60,473 bases of DNA from a virus (IMGVR_UViG_3300043448_000474:1-60473); one strand, 5' to 3'. Numbered from the stretch's first letter, positions 10,001-19,132 are shown. A program made the numbers and translations. Notes: generated from the sequence alone by a model not told the origin.

Positions 10001-12949
10001 GACAAGGCTGTCGTAATCTCGACCAGCAGCTTCGACGTCGAAGTCCCTGATATGTCCTTCGATTTCCGCATTGAGACGCAGCGACTCAGCGCCCTGCATC
10101 TGGCGAACAGCGGCCTCGATTGACAGGTACCGACGCTTGCCTTCCTCGGTCTGGTACAGGTTTGCGCGCTCCTCTTCGAGGTTCTCCTTGTCTCCTTCGT
10201 CGCCCTTGGACGCCCCCTCTATCGAGTCCTTGATGAACCCAAACATCGGGTCTTCGGCACCCTGGTTGATGAGCTCCTGAAGCGGGTCGACCTTGACAGG
10301 CTTCTCTTTGGCCTCGCGCTTCTTTTGCTCAGCCTTGACGTTCTTGTTCTCCTCCTTGGTGAGGAACGCGCCCTTCTTCTTGGTAAGCGGAACCTCGTCC
10401 TGAAGGTTGACACCGGCCTCGGATGACTGGGCTGTGCCGGTTTGGCCTTTGCCAATGCTGGTGATCTTGATGAACGGCACTCCGTCAACGATCTTGGAAA
10501 CGGTTCCATAGATCTTGGTCTGACCAATCAGCTTGTTGACCCGAACGTAGTCACCAACCTTTACCTCTTCGCCTTCTTGGTACCTCGGAGGAGTCGGCTG
10601 CTTGACGGTACTCGTTCCGGCAGATCCTTGTACCGCACCGGCTTGTCCTTCTGCATTTTGCGCAGAACCTTGGGGTTGTTGACCGCCAGAAACTTCCACT
10701 CCGCTTTGGACTTGATTGGCATTGGCTACTCCTTGGGTTTGGGCTGCTTGCGCGTTACCTGCCCCACCAGCCGCTTTGGCTTTGGAGGGCTCGATCTTGG
10801 GCGCAGGTGGCGCGACAGGCGCTTTATCTTGGGTGACACTGGTGGGTGCTTTGGTTGAGCGATTGCGAAGATCAGCAAGTCGATCCTTGTCTTTCTTTTT
10901 CGACAAACCGAACGCCTCGTCGGCGCTCTCAAGAGCCTCAAGCTCACGCTGTTCGGATTCCGACAACGCGCTCTGGGCTGGAGCAACAACTTGGGCTTGT
11001 GCTGAAACAGGAACCGGGGCCGCAACTGGGACACCACCCACAGGAGCAGCCCCGGTGTCCGCCGGTAGCGATGATTCAGTCGGCGGGGAAATCTTGGCAG
11101 CAGCCCTCTCGGAATCAGCCCTATCAGCAGCCGCCTTAGCATCGGCGGCAGCCTTATCTGCGGCAGCCTTTGCCTCTGCAGCGGCGCGTTCAGCAGCAGC
11201 TTTTCGCTCAGCGGCAACGCGAGCCTCCTCGGCACGAGCAGCGGCAGCAGCCTCGGCCTCCGCGAGCATGCGCTTTTCCTTCGCCACAGAATCGCGGATC
11301 CGCTGCATGATGTCGGAACCCTTGCCCGGCAAAGCAGGAAGGATGTCGCGTTGGCCAGGCCCAAAGCGGTCAGCCTGTGCAGCCTCAAGAGATGCAAGAG
11401 CCTGAGCCCCACCAGCAGCCTGTTGCCGCTGCGCATTGATGGCTTCGCGCTGCGATTGAGACTGCCTTGACTCCCTGATAGCCCCCATCGCCTCAGCTGT
11501 AAGATCGTTGTATGCGGCCGTGTCTTTGGCCCAACGATCAAGCCGGTTTCTGATGTCGATGACCGCGTTGACAGCGCCGGTTGGATCTTCGCGGCGCATG
11601 GCAGTGTCTGCGATCCTGCCAAGGAAAGTGGTGATCTCGCCGGACTGGTTCAGCAGGGAATCGCGTACTGACTGATCAACGTCATATCCGTTCTCAATCT
11701 GGTCCAGCGTGCTTCCGATCGAGATGATCGAGTTGCGCACCTGCGGGTTGACATTGAGACCGTAGATACGGTTCTCAAGGTAAGACGACGGCGCAGCAGT
11801 GGTAGCACCAGCCGCAGCACTCCTGGCGTCCGCCATGCTTTCGGACACAGCAAGGCTGCCAACGTCGTTCGGATTGATGCGAGAGGCAGGGTTCTGAGCC
11901 TCCTCGATACGCGCCCCGGTGTACGGCTGCAGACCGCCTTCGGCATTGATGCCCCGGAGAGGCTGAGGCGAAAGCTGGTCCTGAAGCGCAGCGGCGTACG
12001 GGCGCACGTCGCCAACACTGGCGACACCCTTACTGACTCCGCTCATCACACCGCCGGTAAGTCCGCCGCCTATCGCGGCTTCGGTCACTCTGCGAGAGAA
12101 CTCCTCCTCGGTTGGAAGTCGACCACCGGCAACAAACGGTGCAAGCGACGCAATCGCTTCCTGACCAGCCTCGGTCAAAGCCTCATCTCTAACACCCTTC
12201 AGCGCCTCGACACCAACATCTCGGAGCGCCTTGCGGAATGCCCCTCCGCCGCCGGACATTAGGTTTTGTAGTGCGCGAGACTCTCCTCCAAGGGCCTCAA
12301 GCGCAGCGGATCCAAGACCACCAGCAGCAGCAGTAGCTCGCTGACGGAATCCAGTCTGGCCAGTTTCATCGGTGATGTCCTGGTAGATCGCACCGGCCTC
12401 TTGCGGGAACGTCGTAATTACTGGCGCTAAAACGGCCGCAGCTTTCGAGCTAAGTCCGGCCGCCTTCAACCCACCAGCCACAGGGCCAGAGACGAGCAGC
12501 TGAGGAATCTGCTCTGCAAGCATTCGACCCGCATAACCAGCCACATCGCCAACATCCTGAATCTCGCTTATCGATCCAGGAGCAGTGCTCTCGATGCCAC
12601 CCATCTGAGAGAGCGCCTTGCCGTAGGCGTTGACGCTCTTTGAGGCGTCTCCAGGAAGAAGCATTGAACCGGCTGAGATCGCGCTCCCGGCCATATTGGC
12701 CATGCCACTTGCAACCCGGCGGCCAAGCTCAGACCGCATGAGTAACGGAATCTCAGGGTCGTTCTCGTATGCATCGAGAATGTCAGCCCTGGTCTGAGCC
12801 TCCGTCGCCTCCGCTCGAATCTGACCCTGCTTGGCGCGGAACTGTTGTCTGGCGATCGTCTTGTAAACGTCGTCGATTCCAGCATCAGTGATGTCGTCGG
12901 GCACCTCGACCGTCTGGTTGAGGTCGGGGAACTCAATGAACTTGGGCAT
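3908..12949 (-). CDS. Giant internal virion/ejection protein (3013 aa) with zincin-like HExxH domain
   Basis: Last gene of the virion operon; Ala/Gly-rich helical sequence; VMHEAVHAAT..EFISEALSN motif near 8950-9160; hydrophobic segment near the C-terminus; very basic tail. Confidence 0.75.
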   Translation of the reverse strand: MPKFIEFPDLNQTVEVPDDITDAGIDDVYKTIARQQFRAKQGQIRAEATEAQTRADILDAYENDPEIPLLMRSELGRRVASGMANMAGSAISAGSMLLPGDASKSVNAYGKALSQMGGIESTAPGSISEIQDVGDVAGYAGRMLAEQIPQLLVSGPVAGGLKAAGLSSKAAAVLAPVITTFPQEAGAIYQDITDETGQTGFRQRATAAAGGLGSAALEALGGESRALQNLMSGGGGAFRKALRDVGVEALKGVRDEALTEAGQEAIASLAPFVAGGRLPTEEEFSRRVTEAAIGGGLTGGVMSGVSKGVASVGDVRPYAAALQDQLSPQPLRGINAEGGLQPYTGARIEEAQNPASRINPNDVGSLAVSESMADARSAAAGATTAAPSSYLENRIYGLNVNPQVRNSIISIGSTLDQIENGYDVDQSVRDSLLNQSGEITTFLGRIADTAMRREDPTGAVNAVIDIRNRLDRWAKDTAAYNDLTAEAMGAIRESRQSQSQREAINAQRQQAAGGAQALASLEAAQADRFGPGQRDILPALPGKGSDIMQRIRDSVAKEKRMLAEAEAAAAARAEEARVAAERKAAAERAAAEAKAAADKAAADAKAAADRADSERAAAKISPPTESSLPADTGAAPVGGVPVAAPVPVSAQAQVVAPAQSALSESEQRELEALESADEAFGLSKKKDKDRLADLRNRSTKAPTSVTQDKAPVAPPAPKIEPSKAKAAGGAGNAQAAQTQGVANANQVQSGVEVSGGQQPQGSAQNAEGQAGAVQGSAGTSTVKQPTPPRYQEGEEVKVGDYVRVNKLIGQTKIYGTVSKIVDGVPFIKITSIGKGQTGTAQSSEAGVNLQDEVPLTKKKGAFLTKEENKNVKAEQKKREAKEKPVKVDPLQELINQGAEDPMFGFIKDSIEGASKGDEGDKENLEEERANLYQTEEGKRRYLSIEAAVRQMQGAESLRLNAEIEGHIRDFDVEAAGRDYDSLVRKWLQTNLEQAEYQKFSPRSAAELALRNAIKRRAVDKATVSLSSGTDLDGQETSPIEQIAASETGSETSAAPVGTASQPSSASVSLFTLIKDKVALARIISNAVAAAEKVAKGRLTPVQFTDAVVQGMVDMLDLSSEGASKNAQLVRVVTDMGEAASGDLQELYDEGGIPAITEAITDGTIDSTLAANAGAPNTGNQLLQQGEFTLSDAIDTVLQNEPQGSLLRSIAAKLLSSRVTARVVVLPDADFGLLGAKEGATAFYDSNPDANIIYVRQSAQSHDYLVMHEAVHAATVNALRTNVQFRNEIRNLRSQAISALGQDSYALQNHGSNFKDLAEFISEALSNSQFQEALRSVPASQNESLWDRFKNLVAKLLGITKEQSSVFDRVMNLATDNFSPNVAGGEGILYAAPRIDSDQKRQALLSVPGLQMDNVRAIERLAATQAQMVPQSAVTMIGAASNRLQRRLAFLLRQAAASPNPAPISSFAVANPTYGDVEELAELSHGVDKVAREIEARSEKAEKRLADLQQQFNNIGSLRAELNTAKGNLAAIKAVGESMLDDYSEYLRSRFELAGKLTLAERGAISAAAEVVRKIRTESNNMRSAMETMAEKIPASVINAATSNADILNYVVSNKVLDAGVDQNTINFLTTQSAGGKTPLESFRRLIPAIKLIQKLKTDKSALDNAIDAYENAFAAARGNKTRTVSPRMFGKAFASMDAKRREALEQVRLLNSQINSLVKRVTDAQDEVSIYDEILKSPEYKDQVETAIKQLNILTGGHTEGGAEGNPTPRKLTFQVGSDPKNRFEINYTADPAENEKNKSTVLAALVAIDNELQNTDNPYEIFKLKWMQTKLARYSHQMTDAALGINPFDIINRVRVWIPLLTPLIDRMFIFRQIPGAMGSQARLLAKVGMSMSSQIEAARKHPVYGEAAINNAAQDAIDSHPGIDPQVWDKEVLNELLGGNQERTGRNMRVGETTIFGHKITAEDLKAAQLQSRFADALYRVAKGAERGGITMYFPTLVQETYVVNGQQRIRFRYAYAGGALTTPRSYDLGELDTDPFKMSDVWIKAEVPNDPAATQAAREALLQDPNFLTRFAVAHVAEMNPEYDRTSPFNEVYRQLADQYAKTGKYPTTFDELVDDINNQLPLPPPADRALKIKTQLIGEITEFIKAYRNDLIGAAANDPNAVLRTDALSAGLVGGIITSAANNFTKPRGAMIAPTNFYTYTLSSDSSRGSIAHGVMLPLRRKQIESMQNIQAALVELQKRLSKDVKGAKSVRDKLTLEFVTGKKRVTAKQAYVTNWQLKELIEQMRNSIETLQTTIAKPVLGSGQTTFFEDVLQLRRVALVAQAVAAIVNYSQAVMSGQFVPRTYLAGYKPRMIVTESIAGAVKAAFNTAAYIASSNKPVSSWIIANRNAMIPLMRQFASTVDQIQKMKAKARFDGFGADELSLKEQAAIIRKVGSYDSPVEGFNDSKGMMSSGMDKLFSKWWFPRIALAIQNIPATADRAANILTMIQVDKALNDVMRSGYSIMENRSQSGSTGWDNWTDPANAISEAEAAQAGWSKETLIRMRQAFSGMGGLEVVLHDFWKRVNAAKAAGKDINDVPPIADEGFYMDVTREMLGLSNAAMDSMRPDLLRSRTAMSRIYNFIFTFTSWVNGWFSTLGSLVGVDRTRGTLNTAAISGLSIALLMVMLGMSGMWTNELRGMMYELVKGRPFPVIRLGDVLRDANPASVAKLFGASIALMIPYAGESVANALGAQSYRTSLTDIANLSQPLQLVNTFSDALMSGSKTGDWTGTFTQLLRSTVPGSDMLINRLPSTRARDEVNDAARVARVAAGPLELADKGGGGGGAQPTKFSNLVKRAEAAMSAGDQAGAQRLLQEAAEEKKKQGGKDPWGSVRSAIQSRSVDTRTFGRKLTEDEKQGLMSRMSDSQRATYMRAEETHSKLASLVPRAGERGGMEKVGGKPTTAIDRVNRRIMRVRKATQPRALRALNKKIKAIKPKKLRIAKSSAVSGSRLLRPKARAKAASALLPAAL

Positions 12950-12966
12950 GGAATTGGCGTGTTCGT

Positions 12967-14022
12967 TTACTGGGCGAACTGAGGCTGCGTAGGAACGATT
13001 CGGAATCTCGCTCCCCCTTGCGTCTGGCGAAACTCTGTGGGGACGCTGTTGGTGCCGCCGCCTCCCTGAGGAGGATTCGGCTGTTGCCGCTGAGAGCCAG
13101 TGAAAGCGGAAGACCGCCCATACAGCGGTGTAAGCTCATCGATCGCCATCTTGCGAGCAGCAGCTTCAGGGGACATACCGGCACTCGTATACTCCTGCAT
13201 TGTGTCCTTCCGTTTGCTGTCCCAAAAATCAATCCCATTAAGCTCCTCCAGGTTTCTGCGAGCCTGTTCGTTCAGTGCATTTTGAAATGCAGACTCTTGC
13301 TCCTGCTGGTTTGACATCTGGAGCATCTGTAAATTCGGATCCTGCGGACGAAGACCGGCCGCACCATATTGCTCATACATCTTCTGCTGTGGAGCAGTCA
13401 GGCGGTCGTACGGAAGCGAAGCAATACGCCCCTGGGTGTCGAATCCGTAGCGGGTTGTGTCTGAATTGATACGCGCAGTATCAACGCCACGGTCGAATCC
13501 GTACTTCTGGGCGTCAGTCATCAGCCGAGTCGTGTCAACGCCACGGTCAAATCCGTATCGGCTGGTTTGATTCTGCTCCATGCCAAGGCGCTCATTAGAC
13601 TGAATCCGATCAAGCTCGCGCTGAATCAGTCCACCACGATAGGTGTTCATGCCGGTGACATCTTCGCGGCGAGTACCAGCATCAGTCTTCCCGATTTCGA
13701 CCTGACCGCGCCGAAGATCGTTGAGGCCAGTCACGTCTTCTCGCCCGGTCTCAGCCTGGAAACGGCGGGTTCCAGCGTCCTGTTGACCGATTCCAATCTG
13801 GCCTCGACGAAACTCGTTCATGCCACCAACGTCCTCGCGCCGGACATCGATATCGCCCATGCGGTACCTATCCATCGAATCGCCCTCGCGGCGGCGAAGG
13901 TTGGTATTCGCCGTCTGGTTCAGGAAGTTGCGGTAAGAGTTCGCCTCAGCCTGAGAAGCGGCCTTTTGGGCCATCTCATTCTGCATCAGCGAGTCCAATG
14001 AAGATCCGTAAACGCTTGCCAT
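12967..14022 (-). CDS. Putative ejection/internal virion protein with internal repeats
   Basis: Position upstream of the giant ORF; repeats RREDV.GMN..RRG and YGFDRGVDT. Confidence 0.6.
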   Translation of the reverse strand: MASVYGSSLDSLMQNEMAQKAASQAEANSYRNFLNQTANTNLRRREGDSMDRYRMGDIDVRREDVGGMNEFRRGQIGIGQQDAGTRRFQAETGREDVTGLNDLRRGQVEIGKTDAGTRREDVTGMNTYRGGLIQRELDRIQSNERLGMEQNQTSRYGFDRGVDTTRLMTDAQKYGFDRGVDTARINSDTTRYGFDTQGRIASLPYDRLTAPQQKMYEQYGAAGLRPQDPNLQMLQMSNQQEQESAFQNALNEQARRNLEELNGIDFWDSKRKDTMQEYTSAGMSPEAAARKMAIDELTPLYGRSSAFTGSQRQQPNPPQGGGGTNSVPTEFRQTQGGARFRIVPTQPQFAQ

Positions 14023-14037
14023 AGTAATTCCTGTTGA

Positions 14038-14988
14038 TTAGCCCATCCGACCAAAGTCATACCCGGTGGAGTTCCAGTAGTCCAAAGCCCCCATCCCACC
14101 AGGGAACGGGCCACCGCCTCCTCCGCCACCACCGCGCTTGCCGCGACCAGTGAGGCCGCCCATCAAACCACCAAGCATTCCACCACCGCCACCGCCACCA
14201 CCACCGCCTCCAAGCATGCCCCCGCTGTAAAGCGACATGCCGGTGTCGATCGCGCTGTTGACGCTGGAGTCAAGGGCATCACCGAGGGCAGCCCACTTGT
14301 TCCGCTTCTTCTGGAACCCAGCGAAGTTGGACTCATTGACGCCAGAAAGGCCGCCAAGCTGACCAATCTCAGACTCGCGAGCCATCTGACGGGCTCGGAG
14401 GGGGCTGAGTTCCATGTCAGCAAGGTTAGTCGGCAGGGCATTCCGGTAACCCATCAGCCCCATCTGCTGACTGATGTTCTGGCCACGCTCAGAAGCCGCC
14501 CCACCAGCAGCCTGGTTCAATCCTCCAAAAATCTGCTGGGCAATCGGAGCGCCGAAGGCACCGACGTAGCTGGATCGCTGTTTGTCCATGTAGGAACTCG
14601 ACGGTTTCCCGGCGTAGCCCAGGCGAGAGGCCGCGATCTTGTCCGATTTGGACATTCCGCCGCCCATCTGACCTAGCAAACCTTGAAGAGCGGCCAAATC
14701 ACCTTCGCGAGCACGCTCACGATCGCCCATGAAGCTCGCCTGACGAAGACCGCCAAGCATCTGATTGGTCTCGGCTTCCGTTTGCTTGTTGAGGCGGCCA
14801 ACTTCGCCGATTGCACGGCGATTAGCGCCGGTAAAATTGCCGATCGCGGTGTCCGCCTCGCTGCGGTACTTGTCCATACCGCCAACCGAGGTGTCGATCT
14901 GCTTCTGAAGCCCCTCGTTCTTGTACATCCGCTCCATCTTGTCGGGAGCAAACGCACCAATGATTCCACCAAGGTTTGAGATGCCCAT
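14038..14988 (-). CDS. Putative ejection/pilot protein (Gly/Gln/Met-rich)
   Basis: Composition and position match podovirus DNA-transfer proteins; poly-Gly C-terminus. Confidence 0.6.
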   Translation of the reverse strand: MGISNLGGIIGAFAPDKMERMYKNEGLQKQIDTSVGGMDKYRSEADTAIGNFTGANRRAIGEVGRLNKQTEAETNQMLGGLRQASFMGDRERAREGDLAALQGLLGQMGGGMSKSDKIAASRLGYAGKPSSSYMDKQRSSYVGAFGAPIAQQIFGGLNQAAGGAASERGQNISQQMGLMGYRNALPTNLADMELSPLRARQMARESEIGQLGGLSGVNESNFAGFQKKRNKWAALGDALDSSVNSAIDTGMSLYSGGMLGGGGGGGGGGGMLGGLMGGLTGRGKRGGGGGGGGPFPGGMGALDYWNSTGYDFGRMG

Positions 14989-15036
14989 AGTCGGTCCTTT
15001 TCTTCGATTTAGTGAAGCGGTGATGACCGCGTGACG

Positions 15037-16863
15037 CTAGAAATAGTCGCCGTGGGAGCTACGGATTGAGACGTTCATCTCGTTCAGTGACGCAGAACCA
15101 CCTTTGACTGGACCCTTGGCCGAGTCGGCGATCATCAGTCGGTAGGCGATTTGCGCTCCGGTACGGAAAAATTGGAATGACGCCTGTTTGTTGGGGCGAA
15201 TGTTGTTCGCGACCATCTGGGCCTCTGTTTGCGACGACAACCTGTCGATCGGACGCGCCGTGGATCCCTGCCAAATGAGTTTCCTCGGCTGCGCACCATA
15301 TCCAATGTCGGCATGCAGCTTCGCGGCAAGCTCGTCAGGCACGTCTGGAGCATCGTACTCGACCACAATGCGGCTCACTGTTTTGTTATTCGGCGTCCCC
15401 ATGTCCATCGAGTCGGTCTGGATGAGGCTTACGTACCCATACTCGCCGTAATCAACAACAGTGGTTGGGTGCTGCGCATCGCTCCACTGCAATCCAGACC
15501 TATTGGCCTCTGGCGTGGTGCAATACTCGCGTGCGTAGTAATCGGGTGTGTACTCCTTGAGGCACTTGTCTTGCGCCGAAGCCATCACGAACTTGTAGCC
15601 GTTGCCACACGGAGTGCAGTCAGGCTCCAGTGATGGATTTGCTGACATTACCGAGCACAAAGAGCTCGTCGGAGTAACCGGAAGATTATCGAGACTGCAA
15701 GGGTTTGGCTTATCAAACAGGCAAAGCTCGTTGGTGTTCCTCACCGAAGTGATCGTGGTGTTCGGAATCCACTGCTGAGGCAGTGGATCGCCCTCTCCAT
15801 CAAACGGAACAGGCTGACAGATACCCATGTCTGCAAGCCAACGGCGCACGCTGACTTGGTACGTCGGCAGATGGGAACAGAACGCCGTGAATCCAGAGTC
15901 CACAACGCACGCTTTTCCAATATCCATCTGCATGACCAGGCTCTTGGTCGGGACGATCTCGTCGTCGGGTGCCCAGCTAAACCAAAGAATGCGCTGGGCC
16001 TCATCGTAACCACCCGTAAGCAGGTGGCAGTGGGAGCGGTTGATGGGGCCGAACGCGGAAAGCGTCGTGGACGGAATGCCTCCCAGAAGGTCTGCGCTTA
16101 CACCGTTGTAGATCGCTCCGCTTGCGCGGTACATCCAGTCTACAAGGCGGGGGCTGCGATCAAACTCGCCGAGGGCGTATAGTGTATCCTCGCCTCCGTA
16201 AATGTGTGTGTCTCCAAGGTTTACCAGCGAGTTGGCAAACCTCAGCACCTGTGGTCCACGGTAGACCTCTCTGAAGTTGAACACCTCATCTCCTCCGACG
16301 AGGTTGACATCGTAGATCGCTTTGTCCGTGTAGACCCTAAACTGGCCTCCCAGAGGAGCCATAGCCAAGACACGCTCGTCAGAGCCAAGGTCGATGTAAC
16401 CAGCCAGAGAATCAGGCAGAGGTGTAAAGGACAGCGGGTCATTGAAGTCGCTCCAGTAAACACGGTTCTGGTAGATGCTTCCCTCGGCGACAGCATTGCC
16501 AATGAACACAAAACCACGCCACGCCCCAACGCATTGCACCGAGTTGATGTCGAGCGCCACGAGATCTTCGATGAGCTCGCATGCCATTCCGTTATCACCT
16601 GCCGGTTTCTCGAAGCTCCACCAGTACGGCTGATCTACGCCGTTGGTGAAGATGACCACGTTCCCCATCTGGGCGTGCTTCCATCGGATCTCTGGAACTC
16701 CGTCAACGGGGATATCGCCTCCAGTTCCGGCCAGAAGAAGCCTCCAGTTTCCGTCTAATCCGGTGTTGCAGAAGATGCGCGATCGAGTAGCCGCCAGAAG
16801 CCTAGTGTCCCCAGACTCGCCGCGCATGTGGGCGAGGAACGTGATGTACTCAGGAGAGCTCAT
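15037..16863 (-). CDS. Tail nozzle/stabilisation protein (P22 gp10 / T7 tubular-B-like)
   Basis: Beta-propeller-like motifs (VIFTNGVD, NRVYWSDFNDP, VYTDKAIY); position before the ejection genes. Confidence 0.7.
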   Translation of the reverse strand: MSSPEYITFLAHMRGESGDTRLLAATRSRIFCNTGLDGNWRLLLAGTGGDIPVDGVPEIRWKHAQMGNVVIFTNGVDQPYWWSFEKPAGDNGMACELIEDLVALDINSVQCVGAWRGFVFIGNAVAEGSIYQNRVYWSDFNDPLSFTPLPDSLAGYIDLGSDERVLAMAPLGGQFRVYTDKAIYDVNLVGGDEVFNFREVYRGPQVLRFANSLVNLGDTHIYGGEDTLYALGEFDRSPRLVDWMYRASGAIYNGVSADLLGGIPSTTLSAFGPINRSHCHLLTGGYDEAQRILWFSWAPDDEIVPTKSLVMQMDIGKACVVDSGFTAFCSHLPTYQVSVRRWLADMGICQPVPFDGEGDPLPQQWIPNTTITSVRNTNELCLFDKPNPCSLDNLPVTPTSSLCSVMSANPSLEPDCTPCGNGYKFVMASAQDKCLKEYTPDYYAREYCTTPEANRSGLQWSDAQHPTTVVDYGEYGYVSLIQTDSMDMGTPNNKTVSRIVVEYDAPDVPDELAAKLHADIGYGAQPRKLIWQGSTARPIDRLSSQTEAQMVANNIRPNKQASFQFFRTGAQIAYRLMIADSAKGPVKGGSASLNEMNVSIRSSHGDYF

Positions 16864-18413
16864 GTGCAGGTTACCATCGTGTTAATCGGCGTGATGAAAA
16901 TGTTGTCCTGAGCGGTGAAGCTCCAAAGAATTACGAGGCTCGCACCGCCCGTGTCGTTCCACTGAGCAGCGTCGTCTGGTGCGCATCCGTAGACGTACAC
17001 GTTGTCGTTCACAGCAAGGTTGGACCCTTCAACGGTCTCAAACCTGGACACCACATTTCCACCAGCTGTTGCTGAGTAGAACGAAAGGTCAACCCACCCA
17101 CGAGTTGGAGGAGTAATTGCAGAGGTGACCTTTACAGATGTGCGCCACTTGCGCTGAACGTATGGCACGTAGATTCGTGCGGTTGGCGCGTATGCAGAAA
17201 TTGTAGGCATCTGCACTTCTCCGTACGTTGCTTCTGACGCAACGACTGTAGGTCCAGTTACCTGCACAGTCGCTGTCTGAGCAGACACAGCGCCTGGTGA
17301 AAACCCGTCAAATCCCCACCCGATTACTGGGTACGCAGGAAGAACAACAGGCAGCTTATTGTTTACGACATTGGTTAGCAGCTGGTCGTGAAGATCCTCG
17401 TTCTTGCGCTTCGTGATGTAGAATGTGTCGAAGATAACACCGTCCAACATCACCGCCTCGATCTTCAGACGGTAGCCCTGAGTCGTTAGACGCATTGCGC
17501 CAAATCGCGGTGGATCATCGTATTTTAGCTGATTCGGATTTGGGTTGTCATACCCGTTCAGCGGAGCCCCTCCATGCCCAGTAATGACGTACGGAATCTC
17601 CTTGTTGGTCCACCTCTGGTAGTTGTGCTCGTGTCCGCTGAATACAGCATCAGCGCCCATAGCTCCAAAGTCCCATCGCATGTGCGTCAGGCCAGGATGG
17701 TACTTGCTTCCGCTGCTGAATGGCGGGTGGTGGAACAGCACGATCTTGAACATCGCCGTGCTGCTCTGGAGAGCCTGTTGCAGCCAAAGGTACTGGATGC
17801 TCCCTACTGTATGGCCATCGGGCTCAAAGTGAGTCCCATCGGTTCGCATTCCTGAGCTCAATACAAAGAGCTCAACCGCACCTTCGTTGTAGTGGGCTCG
17901 GTAGTAGTTCTTTGTTCCGCTCTGGAATGCGTACGGAAACTTGGATCGGTACCACGATGGCGTGGTTGGGTCGTAGTCGACATCATGGTTTCCGATCGAC
18001 GGAAAAAACTTCTGCGCAGCTATGAAGTCTCCGTACTGCAGCGTGTTGGTTTCAGCGAATCGCTGGTTCGCCTGTGCCAACGTCATCGATGGGCTAAGTC
18101 CGTAGACGTTATCTCCAACAGTTGCAATGAATGCTGGATTCCACGACTTGATCATCGCTGACACGTCTGTTTCCGGCTGAGTGCCCCACCCGTAATCTCC
18201 AACGATTGCAAACGTCAGCTGCTCAGCGGTTGCCTCGGTCAACGACAAGGCACGCCAACCGCCAAGACGACGCAGACGGCCGTCGCGCTCGCTGATTGCG
18301 TTGGCAATGAGTCGGAAGTAGCCCTCGCTGGTCTTACCGGCGGGGGATCTTAGGTCCAACGATACCGCATTGAGCGGAAGGTTGGTCTCTCTTACGCCGG
18401 GTAGACGCTTCAT
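16860..18413 (-). CDS. Metallophosphoesterase (purple acid phosphatase-like) fused to nozzle-like N-terminus
   Basis: All metal motifs present: GDYG, GDNVY, GNHD, FHH, GHEH; N-terminal ..DGRLRRLGGW; ATGA-coupled to the nozzle gene. Confidence 0.8.
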   Translation of the reverse strand: MKRLPGVRETNLPLNAVSLDLRSPAGKTSEGYFRLIANAISERDGRLRRLGGWRALSLTEATAEQLTFAIVGDYGWGTQPETDVSAMIKSWNPAFIATVGDNVYGLSPSMTLAQANQRFAETNTLQYGDFIAAQKFFPSIGNHDVDYDPTTPSWYRSKFPYAFQSGTKNYYRAHYNEGAVELFVLSSGMRTDGTHFEPDGHTVGSIQYLWLQQALQSSTAMFKIVLFHHPPFSSGSKYHPGLTHMRWDFGAMGADAVFSGHEHNYQRWTNKEIPYVITGHGGAPLNGYDNPNPNQLKYDDPPRFGAMRLTTQGYRLKIEAVMLDGVIFDTFYITKRKNEDLHDQLLTNVVNNKLPVVLPAYPVIGWGFDGFSPGAVSAQTATVQVTGPTVVASEATYGEVQMPTISAYAPTARIYVPYVQRKWRTSVKVTSAITPPTRGWVDLSFYSATAGGNVVSRFETVEGSNLAVNDNVYVYGCAPDDAAQWNDTGGASLVILWSFTAQDNIFITPINTMVTCT

Positions 18414-19084
18414 TCTGTGCGCGTGGTTCGCATGATGTACCAGAGAGCCGTGTACGGAGACATCGTGCTGAACTCCAGCGTGTCCTGTCCCCCAGCTTGC
18501 GGCTTAGCGTAAAGATAATTGTTGTCGCTTGAGCTAGTTGAGTACTCCGTCACTTCGTACGGTTGACTTGAACCATTAAGGTTTGCAACTGCGCCGAAAT
18601 CGTCCTCGCCGTCCACGTTCTTTGCGGTGGCAAAGCGCAATCGGCCTTCGATTATGTGGCCGTGTGCAGGAATGTCGTTGCTGTTAATCGTAACGCTCTC
18701 AGCGCCGCCAACGCTGTTGAATGCTCGCTGAGTAAGACCAGACCCCTGACCGGCTCCAATGATGGCGCGTCCACGCAGATCTGGAGTGCCACCAGTGCCG
18801 TCACATAGACGCCAGAATGGGCTCGCGCTGGTTCCTCCGTTCAGCGTCATCACGGACGCTTTAATTGCCTCCTCAGAGCCGTTCGAGTAGTACGGCATGA
18901 TGACTCCAGGCGGCAGAAGGAACATCGACTTGAAGTCATCGGTGGCGTTACCGCTAGAGTCGAAGGCCCAGTCAAACCACAGCTTCATCTTGCTCGAAAG
19001 CGAAAGCAGATTCGTGATGCGAGCGCAGAAACTCTCTCCTGGAGTTGCAATGGTCCAGCTGCTGCCTGTAATCGGCGAACTCAT
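18410..19084 (-). CDS. Tail-collar domain protein (short fibre)
   Basis: PPGVIMPY..WRLCDGTGGTPDLRGRAIIGAG..IPAHGH..PYTALWYIMR. Confidence 0.85.
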   Translation of the reverse strand: MSSPITGSSWTIATPGESFCARITNLLSLSSKMKLWFDWAFDSSGNATDDFKSMFLLPPGVIMPYYSNGSEEAIKASVMTLNGGTSASPFWRLCDGTGGTPDLRGRAIIGAGQGSGLTQRAFNSVGGAESVTINSNDIPAHGHIIEGRLRFATAKNVDGEDDFGAVANLNGSSQPYEVTEYSTSSSDNNYLYAKPQAGGQDTLEFSTMSPYTALWYIMRTTRTE

Positions 19085-19132
19085 GCTCACGGTGTTACTG
19101 CGCCAACACCCGGTCAGCAAGCTGGAGTCGCC

